This document shows positions 17,080-26,202 of a DNA stretch of 46,735 nucleotides, piece after piece. The first letter of the stretch is position 1. The number at the start of each line of letters is the position of its first letter. The translations under genes and the position numbers were made by a program. The stretch lies in contig DATDKX010000292.1 of NCBI GenBank assembly GCA_036519615.1, forward strand, positions 1-46,735. The letters run 5' to 3'. The notes below the pieces were generated by a model that was not told the DNA's origin, did no database searches, and saw only the letters and a program-made list of their open reading frames with translations. The stretch comes from Propionibacteriaceae bacterium (GTDB lineage: Bacteria; Actinomycetota; Actinomycetes; Propionibacteriales; Propionibacteriaceae).

Positions 17080-17724
17080 CTAGCCTCGCTGCAGTAGGGC
17101 TCGGCCTTGGCTCCAGAAGGCAATCAGATCCTCAGTCGAAGAGAACTCTGCGGCATCTCGCAGAGCGCCGAACGGCACATTCCAGAACGGATCGTCATCA
17201 TGATCATGTTCGCTGATGTAGGCGTACGGCATCGAATGAAAGTCATCTCCTGGCGATGAGCCGTACGAACGATCGTCGAGCAGACTCGCCACGTCGAAGT
17301 GCTCAGGCCACAAGGTCGGTTGCTGGTCCGGATCGAGTAGGCGCAATGCGGCATCGCTTAATGCATACCAGTCGACAATGAGCCGCACCGCTGTCGGATC
17401 AAGATCAACAACTTCATCCGGCTGTGCTCCACTACCACCGCTATAAAGCCCTGCCGGCGGCCCGAATTCGACACCTAGCTGCTCGGCAAGATCGCGAAAC
17501 GGGCCGACCGTCGGCACCCGCCGGTCCCCCGCGATGAGCTCCAGCCCATATAGGCGTACCTCGGGCGCGGCGGTCGTGCTGAATCCGCCTGGTGTTATCC
17601 GGAGCGCAATCTCACCGGCCTGCCGGTACTCGGGTCCGGCAAGCAAACACTCCGCGATCCCATGCAATTGGCGGCGAGTGGCGATCAAAGTGGCGCTGGC
17701 CGGTCCTGAATCGGTGTGGCCCAT
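17080..17724 (-). CDS. Conserved actinobacterial hypothetical protein (possibly DUF5996-like)
   Basis: TRRQLHGIAE, WPEHFDVA, SPGD---PYAY; RBS GGAGG. Confidence 0.6.
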   Translation of the reverse strand: MGHTDSGPASATLIATRRQLHGIAECLLAGPEYRQAGEIALRITPGGFSTTAAPEVRLYGLELIAGDRRVPTVGPFRDLAEQLGVEFGPPAGLYSGGSGAQPDEVVDLDPTAVRLIVDWYALSDAALRLLDPDQQPTLWPEHFDVASLLDDRSYGSSPGDDFHSMPYAYISEHDHDDDPFWNVPFGALRDAAEFSSTEDLIAFWSQGRALLQRG

Positions 17725-17842
17725 ACGATTCCCTCCGGTGGCTGCTGGCAGGTTGCCCGGTTTTGCGCGGGACGCCTGTCACTTGCCAGCAGTTTCGCAG
17801 TAGGGCAGCCGGGATTGTGCTGGGGTCCACCCTGCGTAGCGG

Positions 17843-18313
17843 CTAGGCAGCTGCGGCTGCCTCCAGGTCGGCGATAACAATCTTCTTCATCTGAAACAGC
17901 GCGTGGGTGACGCGCTCAGCCTGCGCCGAATCGAGACTTGAGAGCAGCTCCTCCAGCTGCGCTGGCACGACCTGCCAGGAGAGCCCAAACTTGTCCTTGA
18001 GCCAGCCGCACATCGATTCCTCGCCGCCGTCGTCGGTCAGCGCGGTCCAATAGTGATCAACCTCGGCCTGGTCCTGGCACGGCACTTGGAACGAAATCGA
18101 CTCGTTGAAGCTGAACTCAGGGCCACCGTTGAGGGCGACGAACCTACTTCCGTTCAAGATGAAGTCGACAGTCATGGTTTGGCCGACTCGCTCGGTGCCG
18201 CCAGGGTAGGGGGTCACCTTGCCGACACTGGAGTTCGGAAAGATTGAGGTGTAGAACTTCGCGGCCTCTTCACCTCGAGTGTCGAACCAGAGACATGTGG
18301 TGAATGCGTCCAT
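17843..18313 (-). CDS. VOC-superfamily protein (PhnB / 3-demethylubiquinone-9 3-methyltransferase-like)
   Basis: CLWFD--GEEAAKFY, ALNGGPEFSFNESISF, CGWLKDKFGLSWQV, MKKI; RBS GAAAGGAG. Confidence 0.9.
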   Translation of the reverse strand: MDAFTTCLWFDTRGEEAAKFYTSIFPNSSVGKVTPYPGGTERVGQTMTVDFILNGSRFVALNGGPEFSFNESISFQVPCQDQAEVDHYWTALTDDGGEESMCGWLKDKFGLSWQVVPAQLEELLSSLDSAQAERVTHALFQMKKIVIADLEAAAAA

Positions 18314-18438
18314 TTGTTGGCTCCTTTCTTGACGCAGTTGGCTGATTGCGCAGCGGCGATCGCAATGTGTAGACCCGTCGAGCAACCGGAACTCATCGCT
18401 CATACTGGCATCCCAATCTCTAGCACTAGGTTGAGGCA

Positions 18439-18954
18439 ATGAAGATCACCTTCGTGCAAGGCGACATCACGGACCAAGACGTCGACGCCATTGTCAACGC
18501 GGCCAATCACACGCTGCTTGGTGGCGGGGGGGTCGATGGAGCAATTCATCGACGGGGAGGACCCGAGATTCTGGCTGAGTGCAAAAAGCTCCGGCAGGAG
18601 CAGCATCCCGACGGCCTACCCACCGGTCGGGCCGTTGCAACCACAGCCGGGCGGCTCAAGGCCCGCTGGGTGATCCACACCGTCGGGCCGACGTACGCCA
18701 AGTCCACGGACAAGTCTCAGCTGCTTGCCGACTGCTTCCGCAACTCGCTTGCCGTCGCCGATGAACTTGGAGCTGCCACAGTCGCCTTTCCTGCCATTTC
18801 GACCGGCGTCTATCGCTGGCCGGTCGACGATGCCGCTCGCATAGCGCTGGAAACCGTCCGGGCCACAGACACCCGCGCAACGGAGGTCAGATTCGTGCTG
18901 TTTGATCAACGCGCGTACGACGCATTCACCGCTCAGGCGTCCAGCGAGGGATAG
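18439..18954 (+). CDS. Macrodomain O-acetyl-ADP-ribose deacetylase (YmdB-like)
   Basis: GDIT, AIVNAAN, GGGGVDGAIH, VIHTVGP, AFPAISTGVY. Confidence 0.95.
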   Translation: MKITFVQGDITDQDVDAIVNAANHTLLGGGGVDGAIHRRGGPEILAECKKLRQEQHPDGLPTGRAVATTAGRLKARWVIHTVGPTYAKSTDKSQLLADCFRNSLAVADELGAATVAFPAISTGVYRWPVDDAARIALETVRATDTRATEVRFVLFDQRAYDAFTAQASSEG

Positions 18955-18968
18955 CGCCGGGAACCGCC

Positions 18969-19228
18969 CTATTGCCGCAGCAAGCCACCAGTGCGAACCT
19001 GGACACGTGCGTACTCACGAGTAAGGGTCCCCCCTATTTGATCATGGTTATTCTTGTTGATCTTGATCTCATACGGCCGCGGGGAGAAGACCTTGCCACC
19101 CCAAACACCGAACCGCTCGCGGTGGGCAGTAGCAGCCTCACGGCACTCTCTGAGCACCGGACATCCTCGGCACAACCTGACCGCAAGTGCTCGCTCTTTG
19201 ATGTGCTCACTCAGCCAGAGGTGATGTT
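18969..19228 (-). pseudogene. WhiB-like fragment lacking the first conserved Cys
   Basis: LWLSE...LCRGCPVLREC...ERFGVWGG; no Cys upstream in the 18969-19283 ORF; the 5' part coincides with a DosR-like box. Confidence 0.6.
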
Positions 19229-19230
19229 TT

Positions 19231-19250
19231 CGGGGGACCTTCGACCCTAG
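19231..19250. promoter_or_regulatory. DosR/DevR(OsdR)-like box CGGGGGACCTTCGACCCTAG
   Basis: Core GGGACCTTCGACCC is 11/14 to GGGACTTTAGTCCC; upstream of CATACT -10 (19283-19288) and the DUF1918/CBS genes. Confidence 0.55.
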
Positions 19251-19312
19251 CTGGTGCAGGTGGCCGCCCAGATGATGGAGCACATACTCAGCGAGCAGAT
19301 AGGGAGGTCTGA

Positions 19313-19510
19313 ATGCGAGCCAGTCCGGGTGATCGGATCGTTGTCAAGGGCCATCGCGTCGGTGAGCCGGACCGCGACTGCGAAGTGCTGGAGGTCGGCG
19401 ACGATGGTGAACCACCGTACCGCGTGCGGTGGGGCGACGGCGGCCACGAGACGCTGTTCTTTCCCGGCCCCGATGCCGTGATCAAACACATTCCAGACGC
19501 GGATGACTGA
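19313..19510 (+). CDS. DUF1918 domain protein
   Basis: MRASPGDRIVVKG...EVLEV--DGEPPYRVRW-DG-HETLFFPGPDA; RBS GGGAGG. Confidence 0.9.
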   Translation: MRASPGDRIVVKGHRVGEPDRDCEVLEVGDDGEPPYRVRWGDGGHETLFFPGPDAVIKHIPDADD

Positions 19511-19519
19511 GGAGTGCTC

Positions 19520-20383
19520 ATGCGGGCGATTAACGGGGTACGCCGGTCGGGCGTGGCGGTCGAACCACATCGGCCCATCCGCGATGCAGCGATGATCATG
19601 GATCAGGCGGGCGTGGGATCGCTCGCCGTGATAGACGATGGCCGGCTCGTCGGGATTGTCACTGATCGCGACCTGGTGCGCCGTGGATTGGCCCGAGACC
19701 TTGCACCTACTGCGCCGGTCGAGAAGGTGATGAGTACTCCTGTCGTCACTATCGGCGCGGAGGCGGACCTGCATTCAGCCTTCAAGCTCTTCCGCACGCA
19801 TGCGGTGCGGCGGCTGGCCGTCGTCGACTTTGACGACTTCGTTGGCATGATTACGGTGGACGACCTGCTGGTCGACGTGGCGGCCGACCTTTTGGACCTG
19901 GCCAGGCCCATCGCAGCCGAGGTCTTCAGGCCCCGCGACCCGGCGGATGCGTCTCGACGCATCGAGGGTGACGCAATGACCAGGGTTACCGACCAGACGA
20001 AAGCGGAACCATCTGACCCCGTGCGGCTGTTCGTCTCAGACAACCTGATCTCCATCGAGCCCGATGCCACCCTTCATCAGGTAGCGCACCGCTTGGCCGC
20101 CGAAGGCGTGGGAGCTCTCGTCGTGACCGATGGCGATCGCGTAGTCGGGATCATCTCTGAACGGGACGTGGTCGGCGCCGCAGCTTCGGGCAAAGACCTC
20201 GACGCGACCACGGCCGCTGAGCAAGGCACCAGTCGTGTGGTGAGATGCACGCCCGACACCAGCATTCGGCGGGCCGCCCAGCTCATGATGGAGCAGTACG
20301 TGCGGCATCTGTTAGTCGTGGACCGCAACGGGCCCATCGGCATGGTCTCGGCTCGGGACCTCCTTGGTGCCTACGCATCCTGA
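19520..20383 (+). CDS. CBS-domain protein with two CBS pairs
   Basis: GRLVGIVTDRDLV, VEKVMSTPV, GMITVDDLL; second pair VGIISERDVV, GMVSARDLL. Confidence 0.85.
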   Translation: MRAINGVRRSGVAVEPHRPIRDAAMIMDQAGVGSLAVIDDGRLVGIVTDRDLVRRGLARDLAPTAPVEKVMSTPVVTIGAEADLHSAFKLFRTHAVRRLAVVDFDDFVGMITVDDLLVDVAADLLDLARPIAAEVFRPRDPADASRRIEGDAMTRVTDQTKAEPSDPVRLFVSDNLISIEPDATLHQVAHRLAAEGVGALVVTDGDRVVGIISERDVVGAAASGKDLDATTAAEQGTSRVVRCTPDTSIRRAAQLMMEQYVRHLLVVDRNGPIGMVSARDLLGAYAS

Positions 20384-20703
20384 CCTTCGACTGACAGCCG
20401 GGCTCGTGCTTCGTGTAGATGACCAGGCCGCCCACTGCCTCCTCCTAGACATGAGCCGATGCACCGTGGAGTTGCAGTCGGGGCAGCGCAGTGGGCTACC
20501 CGGGGGTGGACGTCCACCCCAGCGGCGGTGTCGGAGTGCTGTGGCTTAGTCGTCTGCTCTTCGGGGGTGAGCGGTCTCCGGACGCGTGGCGTACACCATG
20601 GGTACGCCCGAAGCTTGTCGCCCGGGTGCTTGCAGAAGCGCCGAACGTCGCGGGCAGTGATCACGGTGTGGCCGGTGAGGATCTTGGTGACAGGCGCGCT
20701 CAT
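20371..20703 (-). CDS. Element-borne hypothetical protein, possibly a remnant
   Basis: ATG preceded by GGAGGGAG; no recognisable domain. Confidence 0.3.
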   Translation of the reverse strand: MSAPVTKILTGHTVITARDVRRFCKHPGDKLRAYPWCTPRVRRPLTPEEQTTKPQHSDTAAGVDVHPRVAHCAAPTATPRCIGSCLGGGSGRPGHLHEARARLSVEGQDA

Positions 20704-20749
20704 TGATCGTGCTCCCTCCGGGTTGGTCTTGTTGATCTTGGTCCGTCAT

Positions 20750-20906
20750 CCTCGCCAGGTGGTTTTGACCCGCCCGGGGCGAGGTAGGGGCGAGGGGGGA
20801 GTTGCAGCGTTTCCCTTGTCAGGTTGGGAAAATGGCGTACGACCATCGGGGGCGAGTTTGGTTGACTTACTGGCCAGTAACCTCGCCCCTGACCGAGGGG
20901 CGAGGT
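20750..20906. repeat. Iteron/palindrome cluster (putative replication origin of the element)
   Basis: GGGGCGAG at 20776, 20787, 20849 and 20897, inverted at 20882; palindrome TTACTGGCCAGTAA at 20867-20880; 11-bp inverted repeat 20880-20906. Confidence 0.6.
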
Positions 20907-20908
20907 AC

Positions 20909-21685
20909 TCACGACTCCTCACCCTCGGATGGGTAGGGCTTGAGCATCGCGTACGGTCCCTTTCGGGGGAGGTAGCCGTCGACGATCAGCCAGTAGATCG
21001 CGTCGCGGATGAGGTCCGTCTTGCCCTCGACGGCCTTTTCGATTTGGGCCTTCGACTTGATCGAGCCGCGCTCGGTGATCGCTTCGGCGACGCGTCGCAT
21101 GTGCTCGATCGGCCGCTCGTCCTGAGCGTCTTGGTCGCGCTCCTTCGCCGGCCAGATCTTGATCGTCGCGGAGTCCTCACCGTGGGACTCCAAGACGAGA
21201 TCGCCGTACCAATCCAGCGCACCCGGTGAGCGCAGACCGTGAGCGCGGAGCTGCCCTGGCCGGTCCTTGGTGATCAGCAGCCGCGAGTGTCCGGTAAGCC
21301 CGATACCGAACGGCTCGCGGTTCACCAGCATGTAGCCAGCGCGAGAGACGGCGCTGAGCTTGTGGACACCACCCAGCGCGTACTTTCCCCGGCCGTCCCG
21401 ATCCTTGACGACGTGATCGAGCGAGGCGACCGCGGGGCCGAAGCTGAGAAGGGGCCTGACCAAGATCTTGTTGAAGATCGCGATGTCGGAGTTGTCCAGT
21501 GGGTCGAGGTTGTGCACAGCCATCGCCTCGGTGGTGCCGTCGCTGATCGCCAGGCTCGGACGGAAGGCGTGCATGAGCTCGCCGAGATCACTGGCATTGG
21601 ACTTGACGCGAAGATCATCCTCTGACCGCAGATAGTGAAAGTGACTCTCGATCAGCTCATCGCCGTACCCGGCTGGTGCCGCTTG
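20909..21685 (-). pseudogene. 5'-truncated AAA/RecA-family helicase (primase-helicase C-terminal half, phiRv2 Rv2655c-like)
   Basis: LAISDGTTEAM (Walker B-like), LDHVVK, PFG-G-TG-SRL-ITKDRPGQLR; frame extends upstream (GYGDELIESHFHYLR) to a TGA with no Walker A. Confidence 0.7.
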
Positions 21686-21837
21686 TCACGCGGCAGAAGG
21701 TCGCCTCTTTTCTGGGCAATACCTCTCGCCATTGCCCGGTCAGAGAGGCCCCAAAATCCGCCCGAGTAAGCGGAGAAACGGTAGTGGCAATCTCCCCGTA
21801 GTGCCAGCGGGTATGCGTCCTGACTATGTGATCTGCG

Positions 21838-22968
21838 TCATACTGGCTCGGCCTCCACCATCGCCGACAACCTCCGAGTGATCTCGGCGTCTCGGTCCTG
21901 GCTGGTGTGTTGGTACCTGATCGCCATCGCCGGGGTCGTGTGCCCCAACCGCGCCATCAGCTCGGCCAGGGTCGCGCCGCTCTGAGCCGCGAGCACGGCG
22001 CCAGTGTGGCGGAGATCGTGGAAGCGGAGATCGGGCCGACCGGCCGCCCCCCTGGCTGGCTTCCAGAGCTCGAAGAAACTCCCGTGGGTCAGGTGATCAC
22101 CACTCCGGGCCGCTGGGAAGAGCAGGGCGTCCTTACCCCAGGCGACATGATCGGCCAGGTGTTGGCGCACGGTGGGCAGGATGTGCGGAGGGATTGCCAC
22201 GGCGCGGACGTCTGCCGCTGACTTGGGAGTGCCGACGATCGGCTTGCTGTGCACCCAGGCGACCGCTCGCTGGACATGCACGCGGCCGGTCTTGAGATCA
22301 ACATCACGGCGGCGTAGCTCGGTCACCTCGCCGAAGCGCAGCGCGCACCAGGACGCCAGGAGCACCATGAGCCGGAACCGCTCGGGGAGGTTGGCGATGA
22401 TCGTCTCCAGCTCGGTCAAGGTCGCGGGCTCGATCTTGTGCCTGCGCGGGGAGGCTCCTGCTCCGCGAATGTGGCACGGGTTGGATGTGATCACCCCGTC
22501 ATCGACCGCGCTGCCGAGCATGGCTCGCAGCAGGCCGTACGCGCTCGCTGTGGCGGTCGGAGTGCTGGCGCCCTGGTCGGCATGCCAGGCGCGGATGTCG
22601 GTGATCGTGAGGCCTGCCAGCGGCTTGTCACCGAGGATCGGCAGGATGCGGCGGTCCAGCAGTGATCGATAGTGGGCGCGAGTCCTCGGCTTGAGCTTGC
22701 GATCGGCCAGCCACGGGTCGGCGTATGCGCGGAGCGAGATCATGGCCGAAGGTGGCGCCGTGATCGTCGGCTTCCACTTGCCCTCGATGATCTTGCTCTG
22801 TGTCACTGCGAGGAAAGCCTCGGCGTCGATCTTGGCCTGGAACGTGGTGGGCGCGGTGTGCCGCTGTTGGTCGGGTCCGAGGTAGGACGCCTGCCACATC
22901 CCAGAGGGCAGCTTGCGGATGGCTCCGAAGCTCCGTCGTGATCGTTTCTGGGTTCGTGTCCGGGTCAT
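21838..22968 (-). CDS. Tyrosine integrase, L5/phiRv2 (Rv2659c)-like
   Basis: N-terminal FGAIRKLPSGMWQASYLGPD arm domain; catalytic R (LRFGE), K (PKS), HDLRH, LGH and Y (RYQH) all present. Confidence 0.95.
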   Translation of the reverse strand: MTRTRTQKRSRRSFGAIRKLPSGMWQASYLGPDQQRHTAPTTFQAKIDAEAFLAVTQSKIIEGKWKPTITAPPSAMISLRAYADPWLADRKLKPRTRAHYRSLLDRRILPILGDKPLAGLTITDIRAWHADQGASTPTATASAYGLLRAMLGSAVDDGVITSNPCHIRGAGASPRRHKIEPATLTELETIIANLPERFRLMVLLASWCALRFGEVTELRRRDVDLKTGRVHVQRAVAWVHSKPIVGTPKSAADVRAVAIPPHILPTVRQHLADHVAWGKDALLFPAARSGDHLTHGSFFELWKPARGAAGRPDLRFHDLRHTGAVLAAQSGATLAELMARLGHTTPAMAIRYQHTSQDRDAEITRRLSAMVEAEPV

Positions 22969-23109
22969 TGTGGGGGTTCCCCTATGCGTCTATCGTGCAA
23001 TAGGGAGAGTACGCTTGTGTCCAGCTAAATCCATGTGTGACACACATAAGGCCTAGTCAGAGCAAGATTCCACAACTGAATTCCCTAATCAGAGAGAGAT
23101 TCCCGACAC

Positions 23110-23550
23110 ATGCGTACTCTGCTCAACATCATTTGGTTCGTCTTCAGTGGCTTCTGGCTCTGGCTGGCGTACATGCTGGCTGGGATCATCTGCTGCGTGC
23201 TGATCATCACGATCCCTTGGGGCATAGCCTCCTTCCGCATGGCGAGTTATGCGGCCTGGCCATTTGGCCGAGAGCTGGTCGACAAGCCAAACGCAGGGAT
23301 CTGGTCGTTTCTCGGCAACGTGATCTGGGTTATCGTCGCTGGCTGGTGGCTGGCACTGACTCACATTGCGACTGGAATCCTGTTGTGCCTCACGATCATC
23401 GGAATTCCGTTGGCAATCGCTAACTTCAAGCTGATCGAGGTTTCCCTGATGCCGTTGGGCAAGCAGATCGTCCGCAAGCCGACATACTCCGTTCAGGCTC
23501 CGGTCGACCGCCCAGCACCACCTACCGGCGAACCTTTTCAAACGCCGTAA
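23110..23550 (+). CDS. YccF-domain inner membrane protein
   Basis: Duplicated NIIW/NVIW ... IIGIP ... WPFG/MPLGK repeats. Confidence 0.9.
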   Translation: MRTLLNIIWFVFSGFWLWLAYMLAGIICCVLIITIPWGIASFRMASYAAWPFGRELVDKPNAGIWSFLGNVIWVIVAGWWLALTHIATGILLCLTIIGIPLAIANFKLIEVSLMPLGKQIVRKPTYSVQAPVDRPAPPTGEPFQTP

Positions 23551-24691
23551 TCGCTTGGTCAAGATCATCCCGCGAGTGCGCGGCGGACATTTGAGTCCTG
23601 ATTCTGGCTTTGCCTCGCGGTACCACCGGGAACGAGAACGCACGCACGTAGATGCCCTCGGCTAGCAGCCGATCGGCCATTGCAGCAGCCTCGACTGCGT
23701 CTCCAATCATGATCGGCACGATCGGATGATCAGATTCGGGAATTTCGAAGCCACGTGCGACCATCTCTGAGCGGAAGTACGCCGTATTCTCCCGCAGTCG
23801 CTGCAGCAGCTCGCCGGATGTCTCGAGCAGGTCCAGCATCGCAATGCCCGCAGCCGCGATGGATGGTGCGAGCGAATTGGAGAACAGGTACGGCCGGGAA
23901 CGTTGCCGAAGCATCTCCACGATTTCTTTGTGGGCTGCGGTATAGCCGCCACTCGCACCACCCAGTGCCTTCCCGAGAGTCCCGGTCACAATGTCGACCC
24001 GACCCTGAACGCCGAACAGTTCCGGCGTCCCGGCGCCGGTGGCCCCCATGAATCCCACGGCATGGGAATCGTCCACCATGACCAGCGCGCGGTACCGCTC
24101 GGCAAGCTCCACGATGGCATCGAGCGGCGCGACGTAGCCGTCCATTGAGAAGACCCCATCGGTTGCGATAAGCCGGTGTCGGGCACCTTGCGACTCCCGC
24201 AATTTCGCTTCCAGGTCGGCCATGTCCCTGTTGGCATAGCGCAGACGGGTGGCCTTGCAGAGTCGTACCCCGTCGATGATGCTGGCATGGTTGAGCTCGT
24301 CGGAAATGACGGCATCCTCCGACCCCAGTAGCGTCTCAAAAAGGCCACCGTTCGCATCGAAGCATGATGAGTACAAGATCGCGTCTTCGGTGCCGAGGAA
24401 GTGTGAGATGCGACGCTCCAGCTCCTTGTGAATCTCGGCCGTGCCGCAGATGAAGCGTACCGATGCCATGCCGAAACCCCAGCGCTCCAGCCCTTGCTGG
24501 GCGGCAGTGATCATGGCTGGATGATCAGCTAAACCTAGATAGTTATTGGCGCAGAAGTTGAGCAGCCACTGGTCGCCCACGGCGATGCGGGCGGCCTGTG
24601 GCGTACTGATCGCTGCCTCTGCCTTGTAGAGCCCTTCGGTCCTGAGTGTCTCAAGATCATTAGTGAGTTGCTCCTGGAGCGTGGCATACAT
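23522..24691 (-). CDS. kbl: 2-amino-3-ketobutyrate CoA ligase (glycine C-acetyltransferase)
   Basis: [61 protein letters not shown]. Confidence 0.97.
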   Translation of the reverse strand: MYATLQEQLTNDLETLRTEGLYKAEAAISTPQAARIAVGDQWLLNFCANNYLGLADHPAMITAAQQGLERWGFGMASVRFICGTAEIHKELERRISHFLGTEDAILYSSCFDANGGLFETLLGSEDAVISDELNHASIIDGVRLCKATRLRYANRDMADLEAKLRESQGARHRLIATDGVFSMDGYVAPLDAIVELAERYRALVMVDDSHAVGFMGATGAGTPELFGVQGRVDIVTGTLGKALGGASGGYTAAHKEIVEMLRQRSRPYLFSNSLAPSIAAAGIAMLDLLETSGELLQRLRENTAYFRSEMVARGFEIPESDHPIVPIMIGDAVEAAAMADRLLAEGIYVRAFSFPVVPRGKARIRTQMSAAHSRDDLDQAITAFEKVRR

Positions 24692-24703
24692 GATCGTTAG
24701 TTC

Positions 24704-25732
24704 CTATCCTTCCCAGTTCATGATCACCTTCCCACCCACGCAGGAACGCGCGACGGCGAAGGCTAGCTCGTACTCGGTGTAGTGGAAACGATCTGTGATC
24801 ACCCCGGAGATGTCGAGCCCGCTCTCCAGCAGCACCGACATCTCGTACCAGGTCTCATACATCTCACGGCCGTAGATGCCCTTGATGGTCAGCATCTTCA
24901 ACACAATCGCGGCAACATCGACACTGATCTCTGACGACGGTATGCCGAGGACGGCGATTCTGCCGCCATGAGTCATTTGAGTGATCATGTCACGCAGCGC
25001 GGCCGAGCTGCCCGACATCTCGAGGCCCACATCGAATCCTTCCCGCATCTTGAGTTGCCGCTGCGCATCGGCCATATCTTCGCGGTCGATGTTCACCGCT
25101 CGGGTAACACCAAGCTTGCTCGCGAGAGCTAGCCGCTCGTCACTGTGATCGGTGATCACTACGTGTCGGGCGCCAGCATGTTTGCTGATCATCGCCGCCA
25201 TGATGCCGATCGGCCCAGCTCCGGTGACTAAGACATCCTCCCCGAGCATCGGAAACGCCAACGCCGTGTGCACTGCATTGCCAAACGGATCGAAGATCGC
25301 AGCGACCTCTGGATCGATGGGTTCCCGGTGCACCCAGGCGTTACTGGACGGCAGTGCGACGTACTCGGCGAAGGCGCCGTTGAGGTGGACGCCGATGGAT
25401 CGAGTGTGAATGCAGAGATGGCGCCTGCCGGCGAGGCAGTTGCGACATCGACCACAGACCACATGGCCTTCACCACTCACCAGATCACCGACCGCAACAT
25501 CGGTTACGCCAGAACCGAGCTCAACCACCTCGCCGGAGAACTCATGGCCGACGGTCACTGGCGGTTTTAGCGTCCTCTGAGCCCATTCGTCCCAAGACTC
25601 AATGTGCAGATCGGTGCCGCAGATGCCTGTTGCTTTTACTTTCACGAGCACATCGCCTGCTCCGAGTGCCGGAACCGGAATGTCGACGAGCTCTAGCCCT
25701 GGTCCAGGCCGCGTCTTCACAAGGGCTTTCAC
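24704..25732 (-). CDS. tdh: L-threonine 3-dehydrogenase
   Basis: [19 protein letters not shown]...[30 protein letters not shown]; GTG at 25732 with GGGAGG RBS. Confidence 0.97.
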   Translation of the reverse strand: MKALVKTRPGPGLELVDIPVPALGAGDVLVKVKATGICGTDLHIESWDEWAQRTLKPPVTVGHEFSGEVVELGSGVTDVAVGDLVSGEGHVVCGRCRNCLAGRRHLCIHTRSIGVHLNGAFAEYVALPSSNAWVHREPIDPEVAAIFDPFGNAVHTALAFPMLGEDVLVTGAGPIGIMAAMISKHAGARHVVITDHSDERLALASKLGVTRAVNIDREDMADAQRQLKMREGFDVGLEMSGSSAALRDMITQMTHGGRIAVLGIPSSEISVDVAAIVLKMLTIKGIYGREMYETWYEMSVLLESGLDISGVITDRFHYTEYELAFAVARSCVGGKVIMNWEG

Positions 25733-25839
25733 TAGCTGCCTCCCACATAGCCACACTGTCACACCGTGATGAGGGGCCAAGTGGGAGGCATTTTGCCGTA
25801 CGCGAGTGATAGCGCCCGTGCGCGAGCGGTAAAGGCCCC

Positions 25840-25986
25840 GTTGCGCGAGCGTCGGACGGGCGCAGCCGACGAGTGCAGGAGCGATGAGCAACCACACTTC
25901 GGAAGCGCAGTCAGCTCCGTACAGGAACCTGTGTTTGCGAAGCGCGACGAACAAGTCGGCGACCAGCGCCCGTGCGCGAGCGCAAC
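25840..25986. repeat. Dispersed structured repeat copy C (long form with nested stems)
   Basis: Minus strand GTTGC-GCTCGC-GC-ACGGGCGC..GCCGAC...GTCGGC..GCGCCCGT-CCGAC-GCTCGC-GCAAC. Confidence 0.55.
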
Positions 25987-25990
25987 CTCA

Positions 25991-26074
25991 ATAAATTGGG
26001 TGAAGCTCCGGTCAAGTATGAGTTGACCGGAGCTTCTGTAGCCACTTGCGAACCGAAGCTCGCGATATGGCGTA
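25991..26074 (-). ncRNA. Candidate small RNA or leader RNA: C(UUCG)G hairpin followed by a 14-bp hairpin with CUCAUAC loop
   Basis: Directly downstream of the TTGCCA-N17-TATAAC promoter; hairpins at 26041-26071 and 26002-26036. Confidence 0.5.
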
Positions 26075-26079
26075 GATCC

Positions 26080-26108
26080 GTTATATGCCTCCGGCGACTC
26101 CTTGGCAA
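26080..26108 (-). promoter_or_regulatory. Strong SigA-type promoter TTGCCA-N17-TATAAC with upstream A-tract
   Basis: -35 at 26108-26103, -10 at 26085-26080, A7 tract at 26129-26123. Confidence 0.7.
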
Positions 26109-26202
26109 GGGGCTGGGATGCCTTTTTTTGTCACTGGCGTGTCACGCGGAATTAACGGCGTGTCGAGATAATTAAATACGAGTGAGGGCCCGGGGGCGTG
26201 TC

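Larger units (their letters stand above)
18999..23103. mobile_element. Decayed phiRv2-like integrative element or phage satellite remnant (boundaries approximate)
   Basis: Tyrosine integrase, truncated AAA helicase, iteron cluster, WhiB fragment, 16/18-bp inverted repeat near both ends. Confidence 0.7.

Noticed and set aside
20546-20912. Short ORFs 20546-20749 and 20700-20912 in the element
   Set aside because: They overlap the iteron region and have no recognisable domain; not supportable as genes.
22969-23109. tRNA gene or att core next to the integrase
   Set aside because: No cloverleaf or full T-arm seen, and no convincing direct repeat shared with the left boundary.
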